A DNA stretch of 64,000 nucleotides from Candidatus Moranbacteria bacterium GW2011_GWE2_35_2- (GTDB lineage Bacteria > Patescibacteriota > Minisyncoccia > Moranbacterales > UBA9337): the NCBI GenBank assembly GCA_000990585.1, contig LBQD01000002.1, forward strand, positions 56,016-120,015. The letters run 5' to 3'. Position numbers and translations under genes: made by a program. Position 1 is the stretch's first letter. Each line of letters begins with the position of its first letter. Below are positions 19,611 through 29,852 of the stretch, one piece after another. The notes under the pieces are model-generated. The model had not been told where the DNA came from. It did no database searches and saw only the letters and a list, made by a program, of their open reading frames with translations.

Positions 19611-20657
19611 ATGAACCTCACTGAACTCGACAAAAAAATCCTTTTTGAACTGGACAAGGACGGCCGGGCTAGTTTTTCCGAAATTGCCCGCATAATCGGT
19701 TCTACGCCTCAAGTCGTGAAATACCATTTTGAGCAGATGATGGAAAAAGGCTTTATCAAGCACTTTTGGGCTTTCACCGACTACGACAAGCTGGATTATT
19801 CTTTCTTTTGGGGCTATTGGCTGAAATTCGCTGGCCTAACCAAAGACAAGGAAACTGAGATGTATGCCTATTTCAACGCTCACCAGAACATTCCGATTAT
19901 CCAGCGCGCTGATGGCTACGCCGATGTTTTGATCGGAATTATTAGTCGTGACATTTTCCATCACAATGAAGTCTTGCAAGACATTTTTTCTAAATACGGC
20001 CAATTCATCACCATGTCCGATATTTTCATTGGCCTTGGTTTTGTGAAATTCCCTCGCACATATCTCGGCAATAAACCTAATGAATTCCAAAAATTCGCTC
20101 TGTCCGGCGGAACCACCGAAAAAATCAAACTGGCTGAAATTGATCGCAAAATTATTTCCTTGCTTTTGATTGACGGACGAATGGAATTTACTAAAATCGC
20201 CAAAACTTTGGGCGTTGGCACCGGTCTGGTGCACAAACATTATAATAAGCTGGAAAAAAGTGGCGTTATTACCAAAATAACTTTTACTTTAGATTATCAA
20301 AAAATCGGACTCATACTTTATCGCTGTTGCTTTAAACTCGTACAATTTGATCAAGCTCGCATTGATGAGTTATATAAATTCTGTTGCCTGCATCCCAACA
20401 TCATCAACTATGTCAAGGGAATAGGAAGCTGGGAACTACTTCTGGACATTGAAGTAGAAAACCGCGAAGCTTTGCGTGATATCATTCGCGAACTCAAAAA
20501 CCAATTCCGCGATGTCATCCAAAAAGTCGAAATCAATGAAATCTACCAAATGGACAAATTCACCCAAATGGCCATCGAATATCCCGACTTGAAAAATGAA
20601 AAGGGAAATGATAGGAAGGAAGAGCAAAATGATAAGAATGATCATTATTGGGATTAG
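19611..20657 (+). CDS. Tandem (double) Lrp/AsnC family regulator
   Basis: Two HTH repeats, LDKKILFELDKDGRASFSEIA and IDRKIISLLLIDGRMEFTKIA, each followed by a RAM-like domain. Confidence 0.85.
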   Translation: MNLTELDKKILFELDKDGRASFSEIARIIGSTPQVVKYHFEQMMEKGFIKHFWAFTDYDKLDYSFFWGYWLKFAGLTKDKETEMYAYFNAHQNIPIIQRADGYADVLIGIISRDIFHHNEVLQDIFSKYGQFITMSDIFIGLGFVKFPRTYLGNKPNEFQKFALSGGTTEKIKLAEIDRKIISLLLIDGRMEFTKIAKTLGVGTGLVHKHYNKLEKSGVITKITFTLDYQKIGLILYRCCFKLVQFDQARIDELYKFCCLHPNIINYVKGIGSWELLLDIEVENREALRDIIRELKNQFRDVIQKVEINEIYQMDKFTQMAIEYPDLKNEKGNDRKEEQNDKNDHYWD

Positions 20658-20715
20658 GACGTATGGTATAATTTATGTGTAGGATAAAAATATTGAAATA
20701 AAATAAAAAATAGAT

Positions 20716-21330
20716 ATGGCTTCAATTGTTGCGCATATTGTTTATGCGCGGAAATATTTTGAGAAGTTTGAGCCGGCTTCCTTAGATCGGGATGAGTTTT
20801 TGTTGGGCTGTGTTTTTCCGGATATTCGGCGAATTGATGAAAGCATTTCACGTAAGGACTCACATTTGCATTTTTTTCCTATTGATTTGAATTTTAAAGG
20901 ACTTTCTTCATTTGAAGCTGGTTGGAAATTTCATTTATATTGCGATATGAGAAGAGAGGAAATTCTTAATGAAATGGGATTTTATAGAATTTCCGGCAGC
21001 GATGATTTTGCTAATTTGTCGGCAAAGTTATTGGAAGATGAAATTGTTTATGATATGTATAATAATTGGGAAAAAATAAAGCATTATTTTAATAATCCGC
21101 CGGAAATTGAAACTAGAATTGGCGTAAGTAAGGAGACATTTGAATTGTGGTTTGCACTTCTTTCTAATTATGTCAAAAGAAAGCCGGATAGTAAGTCAAT
21201 GCACATTTTTCTTTCCAAGCAGCCAAAGCTTGCTGAAAAGGCGGATAGTATTGTAGAATCAATAAATCGACTTAGAGAAAATAAGAGAATAGCGGATGTT
21301 TTGAAAAAGGTGGTGGATGAGATAATCTGA
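20716..21330 (+). CDS. Hypothetical, possibly Zn-dependent phospholipase C/P1-like helical hydrolase
   Basis: N-terminal H, GCVFPDI, RKDSH, GWKFHLYCD pattern. Confidence 0.55.
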   Translation: MASIVAHIVYARKYFEKFEPASLDRDEFLLGCVFPDIRRIDESISRKDSHLHFFPIDLNFKGLSSFEAGWKFHLYCDMRREEILNEMGFYRISGSDDFANLSAKLLEDEIVYDMYNNWEKIKHYFNNPPEIETRIGVSKETFELWFALLSNYVKRKPDSKSMHIFLSKQPKLAEKADSIVESINRLRENKRIADVLKKVVDEII

Positions 21331-21424
21331 TAGCTGAGTGTTATATGTCGATAATATATATTCTTTAAATAGGGTGCAGGCAGAGTTTAATTCTTTGACT
21401 TTGACGTTAAAATAAAAATAACAA

Positions 21425-21508
21425 GCCTTGGTGGTGAAATTGGTATACACGCATGCTTCAGGTGCATGTGGCAGTGATGTCGTGCGAGTTCGAGTCTCGC
21501 CCAAGGCA
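21425..21508 (+). tRNA. tRNA-Leu(CAG)
   Basis: CATGC-TTCAGGT-GCATG; long variable arm; GAGTTCGAGTCTC. Confidence 0.95.
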
Positions 21509-21533
21509 CATAATTTTCAAAAGGTAGAAAGAT

Positions 21534-21824
21534 ATGCAGATTAAAATCGATTCAATTAAAGAAAATCCAGTCAATATCTTGCGAAGGATAGGATATATTT
21601 TTCAGCGTCATGAAGGAGATGAAATGAGTTTTGTGCGTCCTTTGGCACGCGCGGGCTTTCCGAGGTTTCATATTTATGCTAAAGTTGAAAACAGTGATTT
21701 GATTATCAATATTCATCTTGATCAGAAAAAAGAGACTTACGGAAAAGATACGAGGCATCACGGGGAATATGAAGATGATGGTGCGCTTAGTGAAGAAGTA
21801 AAAAGAATAAAAAGTATAATTTAA
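21534..21824 (+). CDS. Conserved CPR hypothetical protein
   Basis: FPRFHIY...HLDQK...HHGEY motif; lies between two tRNA-Leu genes. Confidence 0.7.
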   Translation: MQIKIDSIKENPVNILRRIGYIFQRHEGDEMSFVRPLARAGFPRFHIYAKVENSDLIINIHLDQKKETYGKDTRHHGEYEDDGALSEEVKRIKSII

Positions 21825-21830
21825 AAATAT

Positions 21831-21913
21831 GCCTGGGTGGTGAAATTGGTATACACGTTAGTCTTAGGAACTAATGGGTTTATCCCGTGGAGGTTCGAGT
21901 CCTCTCCCAGGCA
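21831..21913 (+). tRNA. tRNA-Leu(TAG)
   Basis: TTAGT-CTTAGGA-ACTAA; long variable arm; GGTTCGAGTCC. Confidence 0.95.
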
Positions 21914-21918
21914 CGTAA

Positions 21919-21976
21919 GAGTCCTTGCCCCGTTATCCCGCAGGGATTTTACGGGGTCTCCCGCGGCACCACGTAA
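21919..21976 (+). repeat. Duplicated tRNA-Leu 3' end interrupted by a GCCCCGT...ACGGGGT hairpin
   Basis: GAGTCCT [TGCCCCGTTATCCCGCAGGGATTTTACGGGGT] CTCCC..GGCAC..ACGTAA versus tRNA GAGTCCTCTCCCAGGCACGTAA. Confidence 0.65.
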
Positions 21977-22124
21977 AATAAAAATAGGAATTTTTATCAC
22001 GTGGCGCAGCCACATATAAAATAGAAAACCGCCGAAACGATGATTATGTTTCGAGCGGTTTTTTTGAAAATAAGATGTAGTTTATTTTTTGGTTCAAACA
22101 TGGAACACCTCCTTCTGGATTTTT

Positions 22125-22622
22125 TTATATCAAAAATTTTTTCTTATTTTCGCTTAAATTGACAAAATCATCGGCTTTTTCGATAAGCTTATTGCTGGTT
22201 GACTCGGCAAAGGCGATTACTTCAACGCGGCAGCCAGTGGTACTTTGAATGTATTCCATCATTGGAATGTAATCCCCGTCACCGGAAACCAAAACAATAA
22301 CATCCAAGCTTTTACTCATTTTGATTGCATCAACCGCAATTCCAACATCCCAGTCGCCTTTTTTTGCGCCACCGGGAAATATTTGTAAATCCTTGGTTTT
22401 CACTTCAAATCCGGAAGTTTCAAGTGCTTCCAAAAATTTTTCTTCCGAGCCTTCTAAAGTGCGAATACCATAGGAAACTGCACGAATAAGTTTTCTGCCG
22501 GCAGTTGCTTCTTCAAGTATTTTTTTGAAGTTTACTTTTTTGTTGTGAAGTACGCGGGCACTATAATACATATTTTGAATATCAATCAATATACCCACGC
22601 GCTGTTCTTTGAATTTAGACAT
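22125..22622 (-). CDS. NYN domain (LabA/DUF88) protein
   Basis: IDIQNMY, KGDWDVGIAVD, VSGDGDY, ADDF. Confidence 0.9.
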   Translation of the reverse strand: MSKFKEQRVGILIDIQNMYYSARVLHNKKVNFKKILEEATAGRKLIRAVSYGIRTLEGSEEKFLEALETSGFEVKTKDLQIFPGGAKKGDWDVGIAVDAIKMSKSLDVIVLVSGDGDYIPMMEYIQSTTGCRVEVIAFAESTSNKLIEKADDFVNLSENKKKFLI

Positions 22623-22666
22623 ATTTTTTGTGTTATATAAAAGCCAGTTGATCTGGCTTTTATGGG

Positions 22667-22936
22667 TTATCCTTTTAATTTAAGTTTTTTTATGATTTTT
22701 TTGTAAGCTTTTTCGTCGGTTTTTAATAGATATGCCATTAATCTTCTTCTCTTGGAAACCATTTGCAAAAGTCCTCGGCGGGAATGAAAATCTTTCTTGT
22801 TTTTCTTGAGATGATTGGTAAGTTTTTTGATGGATTCGGTAAAAAGAGCGATTTGAAATTCCGGAGATCCGGTATCTTTGTCATGCCTTTTTATTTCTTT
22901 GGTTACTTTCTGCTTTTGCTTGGGCGTAAGTGCCAT
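22667..22936 (-). CDS. rpsO: 30S ribosomal protein S15
   Basis: DTGSPEFQIALFT, KKDFHSRRGLLQMVSKRRRL; ATG at 22936. Confidence 0.96.
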   Translation of the reverse strand: MALTPKQKQKVTKEIKRHDKDTGSPEFQIALFTESIKKLTNHLKKNKKDFHSRRGLLQMVSKRRRLMAYLLKTDEKAYKKIIKKLKLKG

Positions 22937-23121
22937 AGCTTTTTTGGGCTCAACAATCGTTCCGTTTTCGTTTATTGGAGCGAAGCGCAAACCATTGTTG
23001 GCTAATTAGAATTATTAAACTGATTTGATAATAACATTAAAATTTATTTTTGGCAACAAAAAACCCTTCTACCTAAAAGAAGGGTTTGATTGTGCGGGTT
23101 TATCTTATTTTTACGTTTTGG

Positions 23122-25593
23122 TTATATTACTGCACTGGCAACAACCTTATCATTTGATTTGAGGCGCATAATACGGACTCCTTGAGTGGCTCTGCCGAGA
23201 ACAGAAATACTTACAAGAGGTATGCGAATTATTTGTCCTTGTGAAGATGTGATTATAAGATCAAAATCTTTAATATCATCAATGTTGACAATATTGGCAC
23301 CCGCCAATTTTCCGGTTTTAGTTGTTATTTTGGCGGTTTTAATTCCACTTCCTCCGCGTTTTTGAATTTTATATGATTTAATGTCGCTGCGTTTTCCAAA
23401 TCCGTTTTGAGAAAATACCATCAGCTGATTTCCTTTTTGTCCTTTTAAGACAGCATCCATACTAATAACATAATCCCCGCTGCGCAATTTAATTCCGCGA
23501 ACTCCAGCGGCAGTGCGTCCCATAGCACGAACGTCAGATTCTTTGAAACGGATTGATTGTCCGTTGGCGGTGGAAATTATTATTTCATCAGTGCTGGTTG
23601 TTGGTTTCACCCAACCGAGGCGGTCTTCTTTGTCAAGATTGATTGCAATCAGTCCGCTGCGACGAACATTTCCAAAATCTTCAATTTTTGCTTTTTTGAC
23701 AATACCTTTTTCTGTCGCCATAAAAAGATATTTATAGTCGTCGTCTTTGTTGAAAGCAATCATTTCGGTAATTTTTTCCTCTTGGGAGAGTTGAAGGAAA
23801 TTAACAATGGCTTGTCCTTTGGCTGTACGGCTTGATTCTGGAATTTCATAGGCCTTGGTTTGAAAAACTTTTCCGGTATTAGTAAAAAACATCAGGTTGT
23901 CGTGAGTCATAACTGCATTAACGCTGTCAATTACATCTCCTTCTCGGTTAGTGGCACCGATCACTCCTTTTCCTCCACGCTTTTGAACTCGATAGACTGT
24001 CGGACTCATACGTTTAATATATCCATCTTGAGAAAGTGTAATAATAGCTTCTTCATCGGCAATCAAATCTTCTTGTTTGAATTCACCGATTCCACCTTTA
24101 ATAACCTTTGTTTTTCTTGGGTCGCCGAATTTTTCCGTTAAATCGGTTAATTCTTTTTTAACAATACCTAGAATTCTACTTTTGCTTTTTAATATTGCTT
24201 CCAATTCAGAAATTAATTTTTTGATTTCTTTGAGTTCATCTTCAATCTTTTTTCTTTCTAGACCTGCCAAGGTTTGCAATTTCATTTCCAAAATAGCAGT
24301 AGCTTGAATAGCACTGAGCTTGAATTTACTCATCAAGGATTGATGAGCGATTTCTTTGGTCGAAGATTTTTTAATAGTGCTGATAACCTCATCAATATTA
24401 TCCAGCGCTTTTTTTAGTCCTTCCAATATATGCGCTCGATCTTTGGCTTTTTGTAAATCAAATTGTGTGCGACGAGTAACAATTTCTTGCCGGTGTTTAA
24501 TATATTCTTCTAAAATGGATTTAAGAGTGAGGATTCTTGGTTCGATTCCGTCCACCAACGCCAACATATTAACATTGAAATTTTTCTGCAAATCTGTCAT
24601 TGAATAGAGTTTGTTGAGAACTTTTTGCGGGTAAGCGTCTTTTTTGAGATCAACAACAATTCTGACGCCATCTTTGTCGGATTCATCTCGTAAATCTTTG
24701 ATTCCTTGAATTTTTCCTTCTTTTACTAAGTCGGCGATCTTGGTAATCAGCGCGGATTTATTGGTAGCATAGGTTATTTCGGAGACTATTATTTGAAAAG
24801 TTCCAGCTTTTGATTCTATGATATCCACTTTGGCGCGAGTAATAATTTTTCCTTTTCCGGTTGAATATGCTTCGCGAACATCTTTGGCGTTGTAAATTAT
24901 TCCTCCGGTGGGAAAATCCGGTCCTTTTACAAATTGCATCAAATCGTCAACATTCGCTTCCGGATTGTCAATCAAATGGCAAATAGCGCCGGATAATTCA
25001 GTTAAATTATGCGGAGGAATGTTGGTTGCCATACCAACGGCGATTCCCATGGTTCCATTAATGAGCAATTGCGGTAGTTTAGCAGGAAGAACAGTTGGTT
25101 CTTGGTGTGTTCCATCGAAATTGGGAATGAAGTTTACGGTTTCTTTTTCAATATCAAAAAGCATTTCTTCGGCAATGTGGGACAATTTGGCTTCAGTATA
25201 ACGATAAGCAGCCGCCCCATCTCCGTCCATTGAGCCGAAATTTCCTTGTCCCCAAACAAGAGGATAGCGGAGGGAAAAATCCTGAGCCATACGAACCATC
25301 GAGTCATAAACCGCACTGTCTCCATGCGGATGATATTTTCCCAACACTTCTCCGACGACGGTGGCGGATTTGCGGAATTTGGCGCTTGGTCTGAGTCCCG
25401 TTTTCCACATTGAGTAGAGAATTCGACGATGAACCGGTTTCATTCCGTCGCGAACATCCGGAAGGGCGCGCGAAACAATAACGCTCATGGCATAATCCAA
25501 GTAGGATTGTTGAACTTCATCGGTAATTTGACGTGAGTGAATATTTTCTTTTTTTTCTTCCTGCTCTGCAGGTTCTTTTTGAGATCTTTTCAT
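23122..25593 (-). CDS. gyrA: DNA gyrase subunit A
   Basis: [23 protein letters not shown], catalytic Tyr in AAYRYTEA, GyrA box QKRGGKG. Confidence 0.97.
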   Translation of the reverse strand: MKRSQKEPAEQEEKKENIHSRQITDEVQQSYLDYAMSVIVSRALPDVRDGMKPVHRRILYSMWKTGLRPSAKFRKSATVVGEVLGKYHPHGDSAVYDSMVRMAQDFSLRYPLVWGQGNFGSMDGDGAAAYRYTEAKLSHIAEEMLFDIEKETVNFIPNFDGTHQEPTVLPAKLPQLLINGTMGIAVGMATNIPPHNLTELSGAICHLIDNPEANVDDLMQFVKGPDFPTGGIIYNAKDVREAYSTGKGKIITRAKVDIIESKAGTFQIIVSEITYATNKSALITKIADLVKEGKIQGIKDLRDESDKDGVRIVVDLKKDAYPQKVLNKLYSMTDLQKNFNVNMLALVDGIEPRILTLKSILEEYIKHRQEIVTRRTQFDLQKAKDRAHILEGLKKALDNIDEVISTIKKSSTKEIAHQSLMSKFKLSAIQATAILEMKLQTLAGLERKKIEDELKEIKKLISELEAILKSKSRILGIVKKELTDLTEKFGDPRKTKVIKGGIGEFKQEDLIADEEAIITLSQDGYIKRMSPTVYRVQKRGGKGVIGATNREGDVIDSVNAVMTHDNLMFFTNTGKVFQTKAYEIPESSRTAKGQAIVNFLQLSQEEKITEMIAFNKDDDYKYLFMATEKGIVKKAKIEDFGNVRRSGLIAINLDKEDRLGWVKPTTSTDEIIISTANGQSIRFKESDVRAMGRTAAGVRGIKLRSGDYVISMDAVLKGQKGNQLMVFSQNGFGKRSDIKSYKIQKRGGSGIKTAKITTKTGKLAGANIVNIDDIKDFDLIITSSQGQIIRIPLVSISVLGRATQGVRIMRLKSNDKVVASAVI

Positions 25594-25666
25594 TCTGGTT
25601 TTATTTGAAATTGATTATTTTTTGAAAAACCCGATTTTTTATTGTTCAAATAGTCGGGTTGTATTT

Positions 25667-25930
25667 TTATTTCTCTACAAGAATCTCGGATGATTTTTGA
25701 AAAGAGTCTGTTATTAATGATTGAGTACCGGAAAATTCTTCTTTGATTTGTTCGGTTATTTTAGAAGTTGATTCATTTTGGATGCTTATGGAGGATAAAT
25801 TTTCTTTCAAGGAAAAAATCCACAAGAAAAGAATGAAAAACATTGAAATAATCATCATTACCCAAAAATAACGCACTCGAATATATTCTGGTTTTTGGCG
25901 GATTTCTTCAATTTTATGTTGAATATTCAT
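25667..25930 (-). CDS. Hypothetical single-TM protein
   Basis: KPEYIRVRY followed by one TM helix, typical of CPR genes upstream of gyrA. Confidence 0.6.
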   Translation of the reverse strand: MNIQHKIEEIRQKPEYIRVRYFWVMMIISMFFILFLWIFSLKENLSSISIQNESTSKITEQIKEEFSGTQSLITDSFQKSSEILVEK

Positions 25931-26022
25931 TAGTATTTTGTATTTTTTGCTAATTATCAATAACCCTAAATTCAGAATAATTTGTTGAATATATTAGTAA
26001 TTAAATGAGTAATTTATAAAGA

Positions 26023-26682
26023 TTACTCAATATCCATTAAAATTATTTCTAAACTTTTTTCTTCCAGATCTTTCTTTTTGAGAGTAATTTTATTGACTTT
26101 ATTTTTTGGGCAATTTCCCATTTGCGCACAAAAATCTTTTTCATCGGAAACATCCATAGTAGACCCTTTGATTTTATAGTGCATCGGAATGATGATATTA
26201 GGTTCTATTTTTCTGGCAAATTCTGCCGCTTTTTTTCCATCCAGCGTGTATTTTCCTCCAATCGGAATAAAGAGAATATCCACTGTTCCGATTTTTCCGA
26301 GTTGATCCGATGTTGGATCTGTCGCCAAATCTCCCAAAAAACAAAGGCGCATTTCTTCGGTTTCGATTGTAAAAACAATATTTTTTCCTTTTTCCGCTCC
26401 TTCTTGCGTATCATGAAAAGTTTCCAGCCCGAGGATATTCATTCCTTTGACGGCAAATTCCCCTGGGGTGTCAATAATAACAGGATTTCCTTTTAGAGCG
26501 CTAATATTATTGTGATCATTGTGTTGATGGGAAACAAAAACGGCATCCGCTTGACCGAAAGGCGGCTTGAGTCCCACGGATTTGTCAAAAGGATCAAAGA
26601 AAAAAACTACGTCTTCGGTGGCGCGTCCGCCCGGTTTGGTGTTGATTTTAAAACAAGAATGCCCGTAGTATTGAATGTTCAT
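26023..26682 (-). CDS. MBL-fold Zn-dependent hydrolase
   Basis: YYGHSCF, SHQHNDHN, FLGDL, IIPMHY. Confidence 0.88.
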   Translation of the reverse strand: MNIQYYGHSCFKINTKPGGRATEDVVFFFDPFDKSVGLKPPFGQADAVFVSHQHNDHNNISALKGNPVIIDTPGEFAVKGMNILGLETFHDTQEGAEKGKNIVFTIETEEMRLCFLGDLATDPTSDQLGKIGTVDILFIPIGGKYTLDGKKAAEFARKIEPNIIIPMHYKIKGSTMDVSDEKDFCAQMGNCPKNKVNKITLKKKDLEEKSLEIILMDIE

Positions 26683-26822
26683 CTGTTTATTTAGCTAAAT
26701 TGTTATAAGGCTATATTTAAAATGGTTTATCATAGCTATTCTAGCACCAGAAAATGGTTTTGTCGAGATAAGGGCTTTGTTGATTAAAATGGGAGATTGG
26801 GATAATATTGAAGTAAGAAATA

Positions 26823-26880
26823 AATTTACAATTTTCAATTTACAATTTTCAATCAATTTCCAATGATTCAATTTTCAATT
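26823..26880 (+). repeat. Heptamer tract (AATTTWC) upstream of trpS
   Basis: AATTTAC AATTTTC AATTTAC AATTTTC AATC AATTTCC AATGATTC AATTTTC. Confidence 0.8.
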
Positions 26881-26916
26881 GGGAAATGATTCGGGGTTGT
26901 GATTTTATAGAAGTTT

Positions 26917-27900
26917 ATGAAAAAAAGGATATTTTCAGGAATACAGCCGAGTGGAAGTTTGCATATTGGGAATTATTTGGGGGCGATCAAGAATTGGGTT
27001 GATTTGCAGGATTCTTTTGAATCGATTTTTTGCATTGTGGATTTGCACGCGATTACAGTGGCGCAAAATCCGGAAGAGTTGCGCAAAAGAACTTTGGAAA
27101 TTGCCAAAATATATATAGCTTCTGGTATTGATCCAAAAAAATCGGCAATGTTTGTGCAATCGCATGTTTCTGAGCATTCTGAGATGACATGGATATTAAA
27201 CACGCTTGCAAGAATGTCAGATTTATTTAAGATGACTCAATTCAAGGATAAGGCGCAAAAAGAAGGACAAGAAAATTCTGGCGTGGGGCTTTTTGATTAT
27301 CCGGTTTTGATGGCGGCGGATATTTTACTTTATGATACCGAGGTTGTGCCGGTGGGAGAGGATCAGGTGCAACATATTGAATTGGCGCGGACTTTGGCGA
27401 GGAGATTCAACAAAAAATTCGGGCAAACTTTTGTGGTGCCGGAGGCGAGCGTGAAAAAAGAAACGATGCGGATTATGGGATTGGATGACCCGACCAAAAA
27501 AATGAGTAAGTCGGCTTCTTCGGAATATAGCTTCATTGGACTTTTGGATGATGTTGAGTTGATCAAAAAGAAAATCAAAAAAGCCGTGACGGGAAGTGGA
27601 AGTGAAGTGAAATATTCTGATGACGAGCCAGCACTGAAAAATTTGATCAACATATTTTCCGCTTTTTCCGGAAAATCTGCCAGCGAAATAGTTTTAGAAT
27701 ACAAGGGAAAAGGTTATGCCGACTTCAAAGAAGGATTGACAAAAGTGGTTTTGGATTTTATTATTCCTTTTCAAGAAAGGTTTAATAATATTAGCGACGA
27801 ACAAGTTTTGAATATTCTCCAAAATGGAGCGGAAAAAGTTCGACCATTGGCGGAGAAAAAAATTGAGGAGGTGAAAGAACGAATAGGATTCGTTCTTTGA
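26917..27900 (+). CDS. trpS: Tryptophan--tRNA ligase
   Basis: SGIQPSGSLHIGNYLGA, VPVGEDQ, KMSKS. Confidence 0.96.
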   Translation: MKKRIFSGIQPSGSLHIGNYLGAIKNWVDLQDSFESIFCIVDLHAITVAQNPEELRKRTLEIAKIYIASGIDPKKSAMFVQSHVSEHSEMTWILNTLARMSDLFKMTQFKDKAQKEGQENSGVGLFDYPVLMAADILLYDTEVVPVGEDQVQHIELARTLARRFNKKFGQTFVVPEASVKKETMRIMGLDDPTKKMSKSASSEYSFIGLLDDVELIKKKIKKAVTGSGSEVKYSDDEPALKNLINIFSAFSGKSASEIVLEYKGKGYADFKEGLTKVVLDFIIPFQERFNNISDEQVLNILQNGAEKVRPLAEKKIEEVKERIGFVL

Positions 27901-27959
27901 ATTATCTAATTTCTAATTAACCTAATTGACCTAATAAAAATCTAAGCTCCAAATTTAAA

Positions 27960-28328
27960 TCATTTTTTCTTGAGCTTATTGTTTATTGAATTAAAAATTA
28001 GATTAAGTTCTCTTGCTTCTTGCCAAAGAATGCGTGCTTCATCTTTTATTTCCGGCAGAGCAGTTGCTATAATTCGAAACCAATATTTTGTTTCTCTCGA
28101 CTCCTTCTTGCAAATGCCTATTTTATGTTTGAAATCGTTTTTTGATTCTGCATCATCAGCCTCACAATAATTAGCTCCAACACTTGTTCCAGATCTTATT
28201 AGTTGAGAAATTATTGGCAATGTTATCGTGTCTTTAGGTAATTTTTTGCAAAATATTACAATTTTTTCTCCAAACATGGCAGTGCGTTCTTCAAGATTAT
28301 ATATTTTGTCATTTGGATTATTGGGCAT
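27960..28328 (-). CDS. Four helix bundle protein (23S rRNA IVP-like, TIGR02436 type)
   Basis: QLIRSGTSVGANYCEADDAESKNDFKHKIGICKKESRETKYW; flanked by inverted heptamer tracts. Confidence 0.9.
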   Translation of the reverse strand: MPNNPNDKIYNLEERTAMFGEKIVIFCKKLPKDTITLPIISQLIRSGTSVGANYCEADDAESKNDFKHKIGICKKESRETKYWFRIIATALPEIKDEARILWQEARELNLIFNSINNKLKKK

Positions 28329-28351
28329 TTTTAGATCAATTAGAAATTAGA

Positions 28352-29725
28352 TCAATTAGAAATTATTTTTATAAGTTCGTTGCGTTTTTCTTCCATCAGC
28401 TGTTGATTGTCGGCTTCGAGGTTGAGGCGCAATACTGGTTCGGTGTTGGACGGGCGGACGTTGAACCACCATCTTTCTCCTGGTTTGTTTGTATTCCAGA
28501 AACTAATTTTAATTCCATCTAGCTTAGTAAGTTCTCCGTCTTTATAAATTTCTTTGATTTTTTCAAGGACTGCATCTTTGTCGGCGACTTCGCTGTTGAT
28601 TTCTCCACTGTGGTAATATTTTTTCAATTTTTGGGCGAGAGTGGAAATTTTTTCTCCGGTTTCTGTCATCAAATTGAGAAGATAAATCGCTGGAAGAGAG
28701 CCCGCCTCGGCAGTGAAATTTTCTTGGAAATAATAATGTCCGGAAAGTTCCCCAGCAAAAATGGATTTTTCTTCGCGCATTTGTTTTTTGATTAGGGCAT
28801 GACCCACGCGACACTCAATGGCTTTTCCTCCGTTTTCCTCAATGATTTCTTTGACTGCCATTGATGAACGCAGGTCGTATAGTATTGTTGCGTCTGGATT
28901 TTTTTCCAGGACTATTTCCGCAATGAGTCCCGTAATCAAATCCATAGGAATTATTTCTCCTTTTTCATCCACAAAACCGAGGCGGTCGCCGTCGCCGTCA
29001 TAAGAAATTCCCAGGTCGGCTTTTTCTTCGAGAACTTTTTTTTGCAAAGCTTGTAATGTTTCCAGTTTCAATGGGTTGGCTTCATGATTAGGGAAACTTC
29101 CGTTAAATTCTTCAAAAATAGTTACTAGTTCAATGTTTTCCGGAAATTTTTTGTACAGATCCAATTCCAAAGCGCCCATTGCATTGGCAGTGTCGACAAC
29201 GATTTTGAATTTCTTGTCGCCAAGACTGAAAAAGGAAGAAAGTTTTTTTAGGTATTGATCGCGGATGTCTTTTTCAATCAACTCTCCTTTGATTTCAGTT
29301 TCCGGAAAATTATTTTCTGCAACAATGTCGCGAATTTCGTGAAGACCACTGTTTTCTCCAATTGGAACGGCATTAAAACGACAAAATTTCATTCCATTGT
29401 ACTCGGCTGGATTGTGCGAAGCGGTGAGTATGATGGCGCCTTCAACGTCCAGTGTTCCGCTGGCAAAATATACCATCGGAGTGGTGCAAAGTCCGAGATC
29501 ATAGACGCTAGCGCCTTCATCGGAGATTCCTTTTTTGAGTTGTTCAAAAAGTGCCGGGCTGGATTGGCGGATATCTCTTCCGACAGCAACCTTTTTGGCG
29601 CCAAGGAAACGAGCAAAGGCGCGACCGATTTTGTAGACAATTTCTTCGTTAATTTGACTGGGATAAATTCCGCGGACATCATAGGCCTTGAATATTTTCA
29701 GTGTTTCATTGTTAGATTGTTCCAT
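28352..29725 (-). CDS. Phosphomannomutase/phosphoglucomutase
   Basis: FKAYDVRG, TASHNP, YDGDGDR, GELSGH, VRPSNTEP. Confidence 0.93.
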   Translation of the reverse strand: MEQSNNETLKIFKAYDVRGIYPSQINEEIVYKIGRAFARFLGAKKVAVGRDIRQSSPALFEQLKKGISDEGASVYDLGLCTTPMVYFASGTLDVEGAIILTASHNPAEYNGMKFCRFNAVPIGENSGLHEIRDIVAENNFPETEIKGELIEKDIRDQYLKKLSSFFSLGDKKFKIVVDTANAMGALELDLYKKFPENIELVTIFEEFNGSFPNHEANPLKLETLQALQKKVLEEKADLGISYDGDGDRLGFVDEKGEIIPMDLITGLIAEIVLEKNPDATILYDLRSSMAVKEIIEENGGKAIECRVGHALIKKQMREEKSIFAGELSGHYYFQENFTAEAGSLPAIYLLNLMTETGEKISTLAQKLKKYYHSGEINSEVADKDAVLEKIKEIYKDGELTKLDGIKISFWNTNKPGERWWFNVRPSNTEPVLRLNLEADNQQLMEEKRNELIKIISN

Positions 29726-29852
29726 TGTTTTTATTTTTAAAATTATTAGGATGACTGTATTTTAACATATTTTAAAGAAATGAATAAAGTTTTTGTTATT
29801 CTTCCAATCAAAAAAAACAAACGCAACTTGTTTTTTTGTTTGGATTATTTTT

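Noticed and set aside
27960-28328. DGR accessory protein Avd
   Set aside because: Motifs fit the IVP/TIGR02436 four-helix family; no RT or TR adjacent
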